A stretch of DNA of 63,819 bases, filler included, from Octopus bimaculoides (Eukaryota): the NCBI RefSeq assembly GCF_001194135.2. It is 6 parts of 6 records of this genome, joined end to end, with 100 filler letters (N's around TTAATTAATTAA, not from the genome) between each part and the next. Parts side by side here need not be neighbours in the genome. Positions count along the whole stretch, not along the records: positions 1 to 31,910 come from NC_069000.1; 5 more parts are not named here. One strand, 5' to 3'. The notes beneath the pieces were generated by a model. The model was not told the origin of the DNA and did no database searches. It saw only the letters and a program-made list of their open reading frames with translations. The translations under genes and the position numbers were made by a program. Each line of letters starts with the position of its first letter. Position 1 is the stretch's first letter. Of the stretch, positions 1-12,498 are shown one piece after another.

Positions 1-56
<56 letters not shown>

Positions 57-70
57 GCACACACACACAC
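1..70. repeat. (AT)n/(AC)n microsatellite
   Basis: Direct reading of the sequence. Confidence 0.95.
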
Positions 71-2791
71 GTAGCAAGCTAAGTATCAAGATAGTTATCA
101 TCATCATAGCTATAAAGTACTTTATAAGTAGTTATTTCCAACTTTGTTTTGTTAAAAGGCAGCTGACGCTCATCTGAAGTGTACTGTCATCAACATTATC
201 ACATACCCCACCCTCCCTTACACACACATACTGCCAGGAGCTTAAAGTATAATTTGCAAAGTATACCTAAATGGAATCTCACATTTCTCCGTGTTACATG
301 ATATAAATACTTCATGGAAAGACTAATCTAAAGTATAAAGGAAATATACTCAGTGACACACACAGAGTCAGAAAATATGTACAAGTGACAAGCAGTACTC
401 TTTTTTTTAATGATGCAAAAATTTTTCAGTCTAATTTTTTTTTTTGAAGTAAATTTAGAATTTTACTGCATTTATCTATATTCTGAAAAGCATGAGGAAA
501 TCCATTTTTTTTTTTTTTTTTAATGCCTTTTTTAACCATTTTTACTTTGAAAAATATTGATCTCCAGCTTTAGTATAAGGTCGCAACTTTGTTGGGATAC
601 ATATAATCAATTTAATCAACCCCTACTTTATGACTTGTAATTACCTCTATTGATGTAAGAAAAAAAACAAAAAACAACAACCAAAGTTGAGCCTGGCGGG
701 ATTTCTAACTTGCAATAATAGCGGGATGGAATGAAAATACTGCAAAACATTTTGTTTGTTGTCTAGATTTTGCCAGTTACTCACTGCCTTGTAACAAATG
801 TGTCTGCCACAAGACATCTTAATTCGTAAGACAAGCTGATAAAACAAATTATGTTAATTGTTCAAACTGACCACACCCAATTTTGTTGATACAGTACTTC
901 AGACTGTCTTTTAAAAAAAACACAGAGGAAATTACATATACTGAAAGAAGCCTATCATACATGTGTGTGTGCGTGTGCGTGTGCATGCGTGTGCACGCAT
1001 ATTTATGTATGTTTGTGTCTTATAGTCTTGACATTGCATGAATGTTGTAAATGACTGTCATTCATTTCCAATATTTTATGAAAGCAAGTTTGGCCATGGG
1101 GAAATATTACCTAGCTTGGAAACAAGTAAGGGTTGGCAACAAGAAGGGTATCTGGTTATAAAGAATCTGCCTCAATAAACTCTGTCTGATCCATGCAAAC
1201 ATGGAAAAGTGGACATTAAAACGATGATGATGATTGAATCAACCTTAATTCATGCCTTGCATTTCATTTCATTTTAATGAACTCATTATCTGGCGTGGAT
1301 AATTAGGCAAAGCTGATTGTGGCAAGATATGAACTTTGAATATAGAAGAGACTACAATTTATGCTACAACATTACATTTCCTTTTTATAAATAACTAGAA
1401 AAAACACAACCTTCCAGATGGTTTTCACCTAGTTTATATAATAACCTAGTTTATATAATTAACTTGGCTTTTGTAAATATAGGCGTTATCCAAATTCATG
1501 ATGGCAGGGCATGATTTCAGGGGAATTTGGTTGCTCTTTATAGCAGGTCAAGCAACCACACAATCTGTTCCATATTGGCTTGAAGAAAACTTGGTTGATG
1601 TAGTTCTGTCCTAGATCAACCTTGACCAAACAGACCTATTACGAAAGATGTTTCAGTCATGAACATCCTGTCTTTCTGCCTATCAGCATATAACTACGCT
1701 GTCCAATATATCCTTCATTTAAGATAGTAGTGTCATTCGAGAGAGAATGAGCCACTATATTCTACAGGTTAAATGAACAAACAGAAGCTCTTTTGTTGAT
1801 TATGGACACCAACTGACATGTACTGGTAACAATTTACATAGGAAACACAAAGCTAAGCAATAATACAGCAAGTAAGACAATCTTAGCTGCCCAAAAACTT
1901 GTATTTTCTGCTTTATTATAGAGAGATGGTTGGTATAAGAGGTGTTGAGTCTCAATTGCATGGAGAGATATATATTTACACAGATAGATGGACATATTTA
2001 CATTAGATAAAAATAAGAATGCACCATCTTAAACTTTATCAAAAACCAACAGTAAGTGTGAATTTATAATTCTCAATTGTTTAAAAACGAAAGTTTTCAA
2101 AAAGGTGGGAAATGAACGAGGAATTGAAATCCTAAAATACCTTATGAGATTGAAAAACCAAAGACAATTAGGAAGAAAGATAAAGCCTAAACCAACAAGT
2201 TGAGTATCATATCATCTTCAATCTGCCTGTCTGTCCTGGGTATGACACATGCAAGCATTCATGACATTATTTTTTAGGTCTTACTGTTGCTCAAGCTTTG
2301 AATTTGAATAGTAATATCAGGCACACATACATATATTTACATACATACAATAGGCCATGGACATATACATACACAGTACTATGAACTGTAATGGAACTGA
2401 TGTTTCGCTTGCTTCTAAACAATTTAGATAATGTTGATTTATTAGAGTGGCATAAAGCCACATATGTGTAAGGGAGTGGGGTGAATGAATCAGCTACCAG
2501 TATTATACGAATACTGATTTTAATTGACCTTTCCCTACACTGGTGGGTGGGTGAGTGGTTGAAAGGCAAACTGAAGCCTGGTGGTACCTGAACAGAATGT
2601 AGAGAAATTCTTTAACTAAATACAGCAAAGTATTAAGTTTGATTGATGCTCTACTACTTCTTCCATCCAACCCACACAAATAGAAGTAATCATAATGATG
2701 AAGATGATGATGATGATGATGATGCTTCTGAAACTTTGTTTTTTTTTTGTTTTTTTTTTAAATGTACATGATGAGAAAACACTAGAAAATT

Positions 2792-3122
2792 TCAATCTCT
2801 CGTCAATTTTGCAACTTCTACCTCTGCGTAAGGGGTTTCAGTTCTGGGTATAAACTTNNNNNNNNNNTTCCACAGCGAGTTGAAGCTCAGCATAATGCAG
2901 TTGGTCATGTAGGCCCTCATGCTGCTGGTGATTGGGTTTGGACGGAGGTGGTGGTGGTGGTGGTGGGGGGTAGGGATCATCCAACTCGTCCATCTGATCG
3001 GTGGCGTCGCCGTGAGACGGGAGAAACTCGGAGCCCTTTTTGGGATGGCGTCGTCTGCTACCTTTTGCTTTGTTATTTTCATACACAAGGTTGTCTGTCA
3101 GCGTCTCTGATGGTTCACTCTG
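2792..3122 (-). CDS. Terminal coding exon of a PTB-domain adaptor-like gene: (Q)SEPSETLTDNLVYENNKAKGSRRRHPKKGSEFLPSHGDATDQMDELDDPYPPPPPPPPPSKPNHQQHEGLHDQLHYAELQLAVE[10 N]KFIPRTETPYAEVEVAKLTRD*
   Basis: GC/CpG-rich island in AT-rich DNA. Acceptor ttggcctatttccag at 3123 (NAGNAG alternative at 3120), phase 0. TGA at 2794-2792. The two ORF-track frames (2838..3164 and 2792..3088) join if the 10-N gap at 2858-2867 is a placeholder. Contains YxN, poly-Pro, LxYxxL and TxYxxV motifs. Confidence 0.85.
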
Positions 3123-3244
3123 CTGGAAATAGGCCAAAAAGGAGTCATACTGGATCACACCCAAAACTAACTAAACAGTTATACAATACAGGTATAAATT
3201 TTTTTAAAAAATCAATGATGGTAATGAAGATGATGATAATAAAA

Positions 3245-5375
3245 ACAATGAAAATAATAATGGTTTCAAATTTTAGCACAAGGCCAGTAGTTTTTGATGA
3301 GAGAGGGAACCCATTTACATCAATCCCAGAACTTGACTGGTAGTTATTTTATTGACCCAGAAGGGTGGAAGGCGAAGTCGACCATGGCAGAATTTGAACT
3401 CAGAATGTAAGGACATGAAGCATTTTGTCCAGCATGCTAATATTTCAGCCAGCTTGCCACCTTTAATAATAATAATAATAATAATCCCTTCTACTATAAG
3501 CACAGGGCCTGAAATTTTGGGGGAGGGGACTAATCGATTACATCAACTCTAGTGTTTCACTGGTACTTTATTGACCCTGAAAAGGTGAAAGGAAAAGTTG
3601 ACTTTGGCAGAATTTGAACTCAGAATATAAAGATGGATGAAATATCACTGAGCATTTTGTCTGGCGTGCTAACAATTCTGCCAGCTCTCTACCTTAATAA
3701 TAATGCTGGCCTCTGATTTAGGCACAAGGCTAACAATTTTGAGAGGAAAGAGTTAGTCAATAGCATCAGTCTTGAAACTTGACCTGGTACTTAATTTTTC
3801 CAACCCCCAGAGTGATGAAAGACAAGGCTGATCTCAGTAAGATTTGAATAACTAATAAACCCTGTGTAATACGATTTTTGTCCTTGGGTAGCAACTGTTA
3901 TTTCCTATCTGCTTACTCCCAGAAAGTATGAAAAATGGGCCAGTATTTCCTTCAGACTTTGCTTTTGTTACATTTATTCAGACCCCCCCAAAGAATCCCT
4001 CTTAACACATCACTAATGATGCTTTCCTACTACTCCTGTTCATGGTCAGAAATGCACTATTGTCAGCTACTAAGGGACATATTCAAGTGGTTAAGGTTAA
4101 GCAAATCTGTGGTATTGAGCAGAATATTTGCTATATTGATATTTCTGCTTCAGCAACTGAGCATTGAATCTGTCTGAAATGTTATGGAAAACAGGTCAAT
4201 TTCAGAACATTTTGTGTACAGGTCACAAAAGCAAAATTTGCAGGAAAAATAGTCGTTTCCTCTTTGATTTCTAAATAGAAGCAAAAAAGAAATAACCAAA
4301 GACTGAAAACAAAAAAAAAAAAGAGAAAAAATTGCTACATAGTGTAATTCCCATGCAGAGTTTGTTAACCTTGAACATTTCTATGCTGTATTTTAAGATG
4401 TACCCAATTCTTAAGAATAAAGATGATGATGATGATGATGATGACAATGATGATTTTAAGTAAGAATGGTCTACTACAATCAAACCTGGTACTTATTTTA
4501 TTGATATCCAGTACTTTACTGGTACATTACTTTGTTGGCTTATGAAAGCCAAAGTTGACCTCATTGAGATTTGAAATCAGAAAGGAAAGCACCCACAAAG
4601 CATTTTGTCAAGTCCTAATTCATCAACAATAAAGTCCTAGATTTAAGCACAAGTCCAGTAATCCTACAAAAGACCAGCATCCCGTCCAGGGAGGAATATA
4701 TTTGCTAGAAGAATCAGGTAACCCACCCGATGTTCCTTACAACATAATGTGGACTAACCCAGCAATTCTGAGAGGGAGTGGGTAAAGTCAGTAGCATCAA
4801 CCCCATTTCTTAACTGGTATCTATTTTATTGATTCTGAAAGGACGACCGTGGCAGAATTTTAATATGGACCATAAAGAGCCTGAACAAATGCTGCAAAGC
4901 ATTTTTACCAATACTCTAATGATTCTGCCAACTGACCACCTTTGATTTCTGACTTAGATACAAAGCCAGATATTTTTAAGGGAGGATGTTAGTTGATAAT
5001 ATTGACCCCCTAGCAAAAAAATAACTGGACACTTTATTTTTATTGACCCCCAACAAAGTGAACAGTAAAGTTGACCTTGGTGAGATTTGAACTCAGAATG
5101 TAAAGAACTGGAACGAATGCTGCAAAGCATTTTTCTGATATTCAAATGATTCAACAATAATAATTATAATGGCTTCAAATTTTGGTCATAAAGCCAGTTA
5201 TTTTAAAGGGTGGTTGGCAAGTTGAATACATTGACCCCAGTGCTAAACTGGTACTTATTTTATCAATTCCGGAGAGTATGCAAAGTAAAGTTGACACCAA
5301 TGGAATCTGAACTTGGAACATTTGCCACTAAGCATTTAGTCCAATGCACTAATGATCCTGCCAGCTCGCCACCTT
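3245..5375 (-). mobile_element. Cluster of about 7 decayed copies of a tRNA-derived SINE (family S3: ggcgagctggcagaa...gagttcaaattcc...gtcgactttgcctttcatcc...taagtaccag...gccttgtgcc)
   Basis: Repeated blocks such as ggcacaaggcc...ctggtactt...gaaaggcaaagttgacc...gaatttgaactcagaat near 3270, 3495, 3720, 4480, 4780, 4990 and 5180, often separated by (AAT)n. B-box-like gttcaaattc on the minus strand. Confidence 0.85.
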
Positions 5376-5819
5376 TACTACAACTACTATTACCTACCAC
5401 CACTAAGAAGAAGAAGTGTGATGAAACTTCCCGGAATTTAGTTGCATTCATACTTTAAATCCCACCAGTTACAAACTTTGCCTTTCATTCTTTCGAAGAG
5501 CCTACAAAAATAACAAGAATCGATTTACTTGGATATCTACCTACTTTTCCCAATCTGTAAAAAGTGACCTGATTTTTACTATTAATATTTACTATGAAAT
5601 TTACTGCTGATATTTTTCAAAATGGCTTGAATGTTACAACCTCATTTCCTTCCAAGCTTCTCTTAGAATATAGTTCTTCTCTATCACAAAGGCAAATTAA
5701 CTATAATTTTTTTATAAGACAGTTTTTCCTTAAGTAGAAAGGATGGTAGTCAAATCTGTCTATTTAACTATCCATATATATTGGTATATATTTATGTATG
5801 CATGCATGCATGCATGCAA

Positions 5820-6120
5820 GTAATGGTAGTGTCTTGTAGTCTGAGAAAGAAGGTTCTGCAATTTTTTTGCTGAACAACCTGCACGAAAGATTTGTTTATA
5901 GCGATCAGATGTATGTGCTGTAAATTAGTTCACTTCCGCCATTAACTTGACATTTTCTGAACAGGTGCTCAGTCACATGTCAGGTGCATGGTTACGTGCC
6001 AGGTGTCAAAGTGATAGCAGAGCAATGTAAGATGAAATGCTTTGCTCAAGAACACAATGAAACCATGACCTCCCAATCATGAGTGCAACATCCTAACCAC
6101 TAGGTCATGCATGCTTGATG
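5820..6120 (-). mobile_element. Decayed tRNA-derived SINE
   Basis: Minus strand reads gcatgacctagtggttaggatgttgcactcatgattggg...ttgtgttcttgagcaaagcatttcatc, related to the copy at 6693. Confidence 0.65.
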
Positions 6121-6529
6121 CACGATTTTTTTTTTACACTTTCTATTATGTGTTGCATGCTGTGGCTGGCTTTAACTGAGAAAGGCAAAACATTTCATGA
6201 GAAATTCCATGATGATATCGAAGTAAGCGTCAGTGTTGGTGGTAAGCTCCCTCAACTCCTGCTGTAAGAGTTCTTTTTATGCAAATGAGTGTAGGTCCCA
6301 AGCAGGACTGAAAAGCCACATCCATACTCATGTTTAAGAGAACACTAAAGCAGTGACATTGCTTAGAATTAAGTTGCAGCCATCATGTTCGTACCTAGCT
6401 GTGATGGGGGCGGGGCGGTGGGGCTCGTTTAAGGTGCAAAGAATTCAGCAAGTGTGTTAACAGTATGTTGTTAGCATTGTATTAATAATAGAGAGCAGGG
6501 ATATTTGGAGGAATATTTGGATAGTTGGA

Positions 6530-7650
6530 GCAAGGACAAGTGGAAAATGTACGACAAATGATATTAAAGTGAAAATTGAAAAGACAAAGATGATGGCTAG
6601 CGTTAAAGCCTGCGGTAAGGAGGAAAGAACAGGGAAGTAGGCATGTGCAGTTCTCAGGAAGATTTTGGAATTAACTCCATTAAATGTACAGTGTGGAGGT
6701 GTGTGGCTTAGTGGTTAAGGTGTCAGCATCATGATCGTAAGATTGTGGTTTCAATTCCTGGACCGGGCGACGCGTTGTGTTCTTGAGCAAAACACTTCAT
6801 TTCACGTTGCTCCAGTCCACTCAGCTGGCNNNNNNNNNNGTTCTTGAGCAAAACACTTCATTTCACGTTGCTCCAGTCCACTCAGCTGGCAAAAATGAGT
6901 AATGCTGCGATGGACTGGTGTCCCGTCCAGCTGGGGAACACATACGCCATAGAAACCGGGAAACTGGACCCATGAACCTGGCTAGGCTTTAAAAGGGCGC
7001 ATTTATTTATTATTTAAATGTACAGTACTGAGTGACTTTATATTAAAAATGACTTGGAGTGAGAGTTGTTAATGTGACAGTAACAGTTATAAGTAAGATG
7101 AATATGGAAGAAGCTGCCAATGGAGGCAATTTTGAAGTTGGATCTTGGGAATGGTGTGAAAATATTTTGTTACCTGAGAAATATATTGAGTGGAGATGGG
7201 GGAATCAGACTCAGTGATGGTAGTAGCTAAAGTGAGATGCACATGGAAAAAGTTTCCAGGAAATAGTGTGACATGCTAACAAGAGAAGTGTCACTGAAAT
7301 TGAAGGTGCACGCTGTATGTATGAGAGTTGCTGTGATTTATGGAAGTGAGATATGGGTAATGTATATATGCAGTGGGAGCTGGAAAAAAATCAGAATGGA
7401 GAATGGCTTGGTGGATGAGAAGATTATTACACAGAAAGAGGGAAGAAGATAAATGATGACGAAAAGGGTGAGAATAGAGCCAGTGATGGCTGTTGTTAAG
7501 AGAAACGGAATGATATGGTTGGATCATATGCTGAAGGAAAAGAAAAGTGGTTAGGTGACAGGAGTAATGGAAATGAATGTGGAAGGAAACAAAGGATTAG
7601 GAGAGACCGAGAATAAAAATGATTGAAGAAGAGATGGAAATGAAGACAAT
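6530..7650 (+). pseudogene. RTE-clade LINE reverse-transcriptase C-terminal remnant, split by a SINE
   Basis: Frameshifted translations IKVKIEKTKMM, KIFCYLRNILSG, VAKVRCTWKKF, MRVAVIYGSEIW and a WLDHML segment match the RTE pattern KVN..KTK.M / FCYLG / YGSETW / WFGHV. Confidence 0.75.
6693..7013 (+). mobile_element. tRNA-derived SINE with 13-bp target-site duplication
   Basis: A-box tggcttagtgg, B-box-like gtttcaattcc, core ttcttgagcaaaacactt, (ATTT)-type tail. TSD ttaaatgtacagt at 6680-6692 and 7014-7026. Confidence 0.9.
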
Positions 7651-8825
7651 TACACACATACGCATACATAAATATATATACACACATGCGTGCGTCTATA
7701 CCTAGACACACACACACACACACACACACNNNNNNNNNNNNNNNNNNNNNNNNNNNNNNNNNNNNNNNNNNNNNNNNNNNNNNNNNNNNNNNNNNNNNNN
7801 NNNNNNNNNNNNNNNNNNNNNNNNNNNNNNNNNNNNNNNNNNNNNNNNNNNNNNATATATATATATATATATATATAATCATTTATACATGTATATACAC
7901 ACACATATGTATTGGTATACATATATATACTCACACATACAGATTGATATATACATACACACATATCTTACAGCAAATGATGTGTGTTGTATGTTTGTAT
8001 TTTTTCTCCAATATATGCTTTTCATATCTGACCTCATTTAGGTAACACTTCAATAATCAAACTTGCCAAATGAAACTGAAACAGACACCTCCTCTGATTT
8101 TGGCTGCTTTGACTAATATCTCAGTTGCTTCTATATCTTTTTCTTCTTCCGTCTTTTTTTTTTTTTTTCCTCAGTGCAATCATGCACTTAGCAGCAGTTT
8201 CGAACTGGCTCTGCTGCAATGTTAAAATTGATTCTTGTTGCACTCCTTAAAAATCAATTGATCTTCTATTTCTAAAGTAAGTTAAGTTAGAAAGTGAAGC
8301 AGATGCATTTGTTTATGTCTGTTTGTTTGTTTGTTGTAGTAGAAACAGTATAGCATCAAACAATATATCCTTTAATGGTTTAACTTAATATGATTTCAGA
8401 AAGAGCTTGCATGTGGTTGTTTGATGTGCTAGAAATGGCAACCAAATCTCACTAGATATCACTCTCAACATCTTAAAAGAACACAAGTCAGCACAATCAG
8501 GGCCCAACAGGGAAAGATTAAACAGTAAACATTATTACTGCATTATAATTGGGGAGGCACTGGTAGTGTAAGAAATAGTAGTATGATTAGATTAAATTTC
8601 TTTACAATATTTTGCTATGTCACTATATTTTTGAAATTAAGTTTTCCAGGATCAACTTTGCTTTTGATCCCTGCTGGGTCAGAAACACAGATAGATATGC
8701 CATGTACTGGGTTAATTAAATGATTTCTACCCCAACCACTGTAAACTTAAAACTTATGTTAATCTGAGAAATCCTAGAACTGATCTTATCTCAATTTCAT
8801 TTATAGATATTATCATTCTGACTGT

Positions 8826-9035
8826 TAAGGTGGTGAGCTGGTAGAACCCTAGTGCATCAAGCAACATGCTTAGCAGCTTTCTTCTGTTTTTTTATGTTCT
8901 GAGTTCAAATTCAGTAGAGGTCAACTTTGTCTTTTGTCCTTTCAGGGTCAATGAAATAAGTACCAGTTGAAAGCACTGGGTCAATGCAATCAACTAACCC
9001 TTACCCAAATTGCCAGCCTTGAGCCAAAATTTAAC
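8826..9035 (+). mobile_element. SINE family S3, plus orientation
   Basis: ggtggtgagctggtagaa...gttctgagttcaaattcag...taagtaccag...gccttgagcc. Confidence 0.85.
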
Positions 9036-9209
9036 ACAATTTTCATTATTAGTTATTGGATTCATAGAATTAGTAGACCAAACAAAATGCTTTGTGGTAG
9101 TTAGTTGATAACTTTTACATTATGAATTTAAATTTCGCTGAATACAAGAAACTACCATTCCACAGATGTTAACATATTTGACTATAAACCTCCCAGTAAT
9201 CTTGATACC

Positions 9210-9593
9210 TTGTTGGCATTCCGTCGCTTACGACGTCGAGGGTTCCAGTTGATCCGATCAACAAAACAGCCTGCTTGTGAAATTAACATGCAAGTGGCTG
9301 AGCACTCCACAGACACGTGTACCCTTAACGTAGTTCTCGGGGAGATTCAGCGTGACACAGAATGTGACAAGGCTGACCCTTTGAATTACAGGCACAACAG
9401 AAACAGGAAATAAGAGTGAGAGAAAGTTGTGGTGAAAGAGTACAGCAGGGTTCGCCACCATCCCCTGCCGGAGCCTCATGGAGCTTTAGGTGTTTTCGCT
9501 CAATAAACACTCACAATATCCGATCTGGGAATCGAAACCACAATCCTATGACCGCAAGTCCACTGCCCTAATCACTGGGCCATTGCGCCTCCA
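9210..9593 (-). mobile_element. Full-length tRNA-derived SINE family S1
   Basis: Reverse complement of ggaggcgcaatggcccagtg...gtttcgattcccaga...ctcgacgtcgtaagcgacgg; near-identical copies at 12499, 42849 and 56128. Degenerate TSD aatcttgatacct / aatcgtgatgcct. Confidence 0.9.
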
Positions 9594-10166
9594 CAATCGT
9601 GATGCCTTAAACCCATGTAAAATGAATAGCAGAGGATATAAGAAATAATAGCCTGAAAGCAATTCTGGACACTGATGAGAAAGAACAGTTTGAATAGTCT
9701 CTTCTGAATAAATTTTAGGTCAGGTATTATTTTAGATAACTTCTAAAAGTCTTTGTCTTTTAAACTGTATTACAAGGATGCTTTACCGAGATGGGATAAA
9801 CTCTATGGGCATGGCTAGGTTGTAATGACCAACAATAAAATCTCTCAGATGCACAGAGTGACAGGGTGATAGAAATGTCCAGCATGCACCTGTTCAATGT
9901 CTGTGAGTAGCTGATTATGGCTTGATGTCAAACTGTTATCACATAATGTGGGACAAATCTGGTAGCTCGAGTGAAGGAAGTTGTATGGTAGACACAGTTG
10001 GTAAATTTGAGGACAGAGCTCTTGCTACTCAGGTTGAGTTAACTTTTTCAAGTGGTGCTTGAAAAGGAAGGTGGAGGTAGCGAAAAGGTGATAACTTCTA
10101 ATAAATTTTATGAAATGTAGGTGAGGGTGGTGAAACTGGCTCAGCTAATTGGGCACTAAATACGCC

Positions 10167-10207
<41 letters not shown>

Positions 10208-10212
<5 letters not shown>

Positions 10213-10570
10213 GCTTCAAATTTTGCCACAAGGGCAGCCATTTTGGGGGAGGGGATAAGTCCATTACATCAACCCTAGTGTTTCACTGGTACTTAATTTA
10301 TCAACCCTGAAAGGATGGAAAGCAAAGTCAACTTTAGAGGAATTTAAATTCAGAACATAAAGATGGACAAAATGCCACTAAGCATTTTTTTCCAGCTTGC
10401 TGCCTTAATAATATTAATAATCCTTTCTATTATAGGTGCAAGGTTTGAAATTTTGGAGGAGGGAGCAATTGATTACATTGACCCCAGTGATCAACTGGTA
10501 CAGATTTCATCGACCCCTGAAAAGACGAAAGTCAAAGTCAGCTTCAACGGCATTTGAACTCAGAACATAA
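10208..10570 (-). mobile_element. Two tandem S3 SINE copies next to (AAT)n
   Basis: Same consensus blocks as 3245-5375; (AAT)n run at 10168-10210. Confidence 0.85.
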
Positions 10571-10574
10571 AGTT

Positions 10575-10735
10575 ATACTCTTTTACCTGTTTCAGTCATT
10601 TGACTGCGGCCATGCTGGAGCACCGCCTTTAGTCAAGCAAATCGACCCTAGGACTTATTCTTTGTAAGCCTAGTACGTATTCTATCGGTCTCTTTTACTG
10701 AACCGCTAGGTTACGGGGACTGAAACAAGTAAAAG
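10575..10735 (-). mobile_element. 3' half of SINE family S2
   Basis: ttttacctgtttcagtcatttgactgcggccatgctggagcaccgcc...gaaccgctaggttacgggga, shared with 15525, 50473 and 57797. Confidence 0.85.
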
Positions 10736-10744
10736 ATACACTAT

Positions 10745-10890
10745 TTACATTATTTACATTTGACGGATACTTGTCCTCATCTTGTTTGTTAACACAAAGT
10801 TTCAGCTGATATACCCTCCAGCCTACATCAGGTGTCTTGGGGAAATTTTGAACCTGGGTTCTCATTCCTGAGGTATTTTTCGATGTTGTT
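10745..10890 (-). mobile_element. Short repeat carrying a degenerate minimal hammerhead-ribozyme-like motif (Penelope-like element terminal repeat?)
   Basis: Minus strand gacac-CTGATGT-a-ggctg gagggtatat cagct-GAAA-cttt-gtgtt: stem I and stem II pairings present, two core deviations from CTGATGA...GAAACGTH. Confidence 0.4.
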
Positions 10891-11099
10891 GTTGTTATTA
10901 TTATTATTATTATTATTATCATTAGTATTATTATTCAGGTCACTGCCTGGAATCAAACTCAGAATTTTAACAACTACGCCATATGCCAATTTAGTTAGGT
11001 ATATTTGGCACCAACGATATATGGCTCTTAACTTCTGTAAATCAAATCGCAGACTCTATATGTGTTAATATTTACCTTTCTTATGAAGAAGAGAAACAT

Positions 11100-11420
11100 T
11101 ATCATTATCATCATTTAACATCTGTTCTCTGTGATGGCATGATTTTTACGGCTGGATGCCCTTCCTAACATCAACCACTTTACAGAGAGTACTGGATGTT
11201 TTTATGCAGTACTGGCATGGGTGCTTTTTACATAGCACCAGCACCTATGAGCCCACAAAATTAGTAATGCCCAACTGAAGAGGGATGCAGGGACTATGCC
11301 TGTATGCAAGGGCAACCATGCTTTTACTTAGCTTGGTATGTCTCCTCAAGCACAACAAACCACCAGGAGTCTCTGTCCCCAGTTATCCCCCCCCCCCCTG
11401 TGAAGTCCAACATAATGGTA
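11100..11420. mobile_element. Decayed copy of repeat family S4 (catcatcatttaac...ctggatgcccttcct...ccaaccact)
   Basis: Shared blocks with 16280-16760, 22196-22355 and 28445-28700. Confidence 0.7.
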
Positions 11421-12230
11421 AAACACTGGATACACACCCAGGGTTGATTTTTTATGGATAATACAACTGTCCTTAATAGGAAAACAACTGTTAAAAGAAA
11501 AGAAAAAAAAAAAAGATGACACTTCTAAAAACATAAAACTGAAATAAATGCAATGAATAGGTGTAATCATCATCATCATCATAACTAACAATACATATCA
11601 TTATCATCATCAAAAATGTCAAAAGTTCATTTGTTGCATCTCAACCATCACCACCATCACCAAAATTTATACTATCTGATAATTGCACATGGTGCCTTAC
11701 CCTATAATAGTGAGTGATATAGGATTGCGGCAAGGTTGCTGTCTGTGTGTTTGAATGTGTATGCATAGACATAAAAGTGAGGGCAAATAGAAAGCAGGCA
11801 TGCAACAAAGCTGAACAATGCATGCAATAATCATTTTTTCTTTCTTTCTTTTTTGTTATATATATATATGCACAAATACATACAATCCTCAGTACTATTT
11901 TAATGTCCATTTTCTCATGCTGATGTCATCCACTGATAGAGTTCTCACTCACACATATGTATTTAGATTAGATTAGTAGTTCTATATTGCTAATATAAAC
12001 AAGAAGAGTGTGTGCAATACGAAGTTGAGTGATGCGCGTAAGTACAAGTGCATGTGTGTGTGTGTGTGTACATGCACAAACAGAGAAAATATATGTACAC
12101 ATGCATTTTGAGAGCAATATTAGATCCCTGATTTAAAGAAATACACAAATATGTTTTGTACCATTTTGTATATACTTACATATATTCACAAAGAGACATA
12201 CACACATGCATATATACAAAATATATTTAC

Positions 12231-12269
<39 letters not shown>

Positions 12270-12435
12270 GAGTTGAGAGAGGGAGAACTAATTTGCTTTA
12301 GATAAATATACATACATATGCTTAATAAACACACATGTAGCCTTGCCACAAAAAGATTCTATGATTAAATTGTAGAACAGATCAAGCAACTCAACTAGTT
12401 TTGCCTGTCTTTACAATCTTGTCAGGAATTCTTAC

Positions 12436-12445
12436 TTCATCCAAT
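12436..12445 (-). CDS. Candidate 10-nt microexon (A TTG GAT GAA, giving L-L-D-E) of the PTB-adaptor gene
   Basis: Acceptor cctctctcactctctgttaccag, donor GAA|gtaaga. Enters in phase 2 (TT|A = Leu with the 14010-13974 exon) and leaves in phase 0, matching the terminal exon. Confidence 0.6.
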
Positions 12446-12498
12446 CTGGTAACAGAGAGTGAGAGAGGATAAATAAGAGTAGTTCACTCTCACGTTGT

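Noticed and set aside
6693-6770. tRNA gene calls for SINE heads (also 12499, 42849, 50473, 56128)
   Set aside because: A/B boxes continue into SINE bodies with TSDs and simple-repeat tails; no complete cloverleaf.
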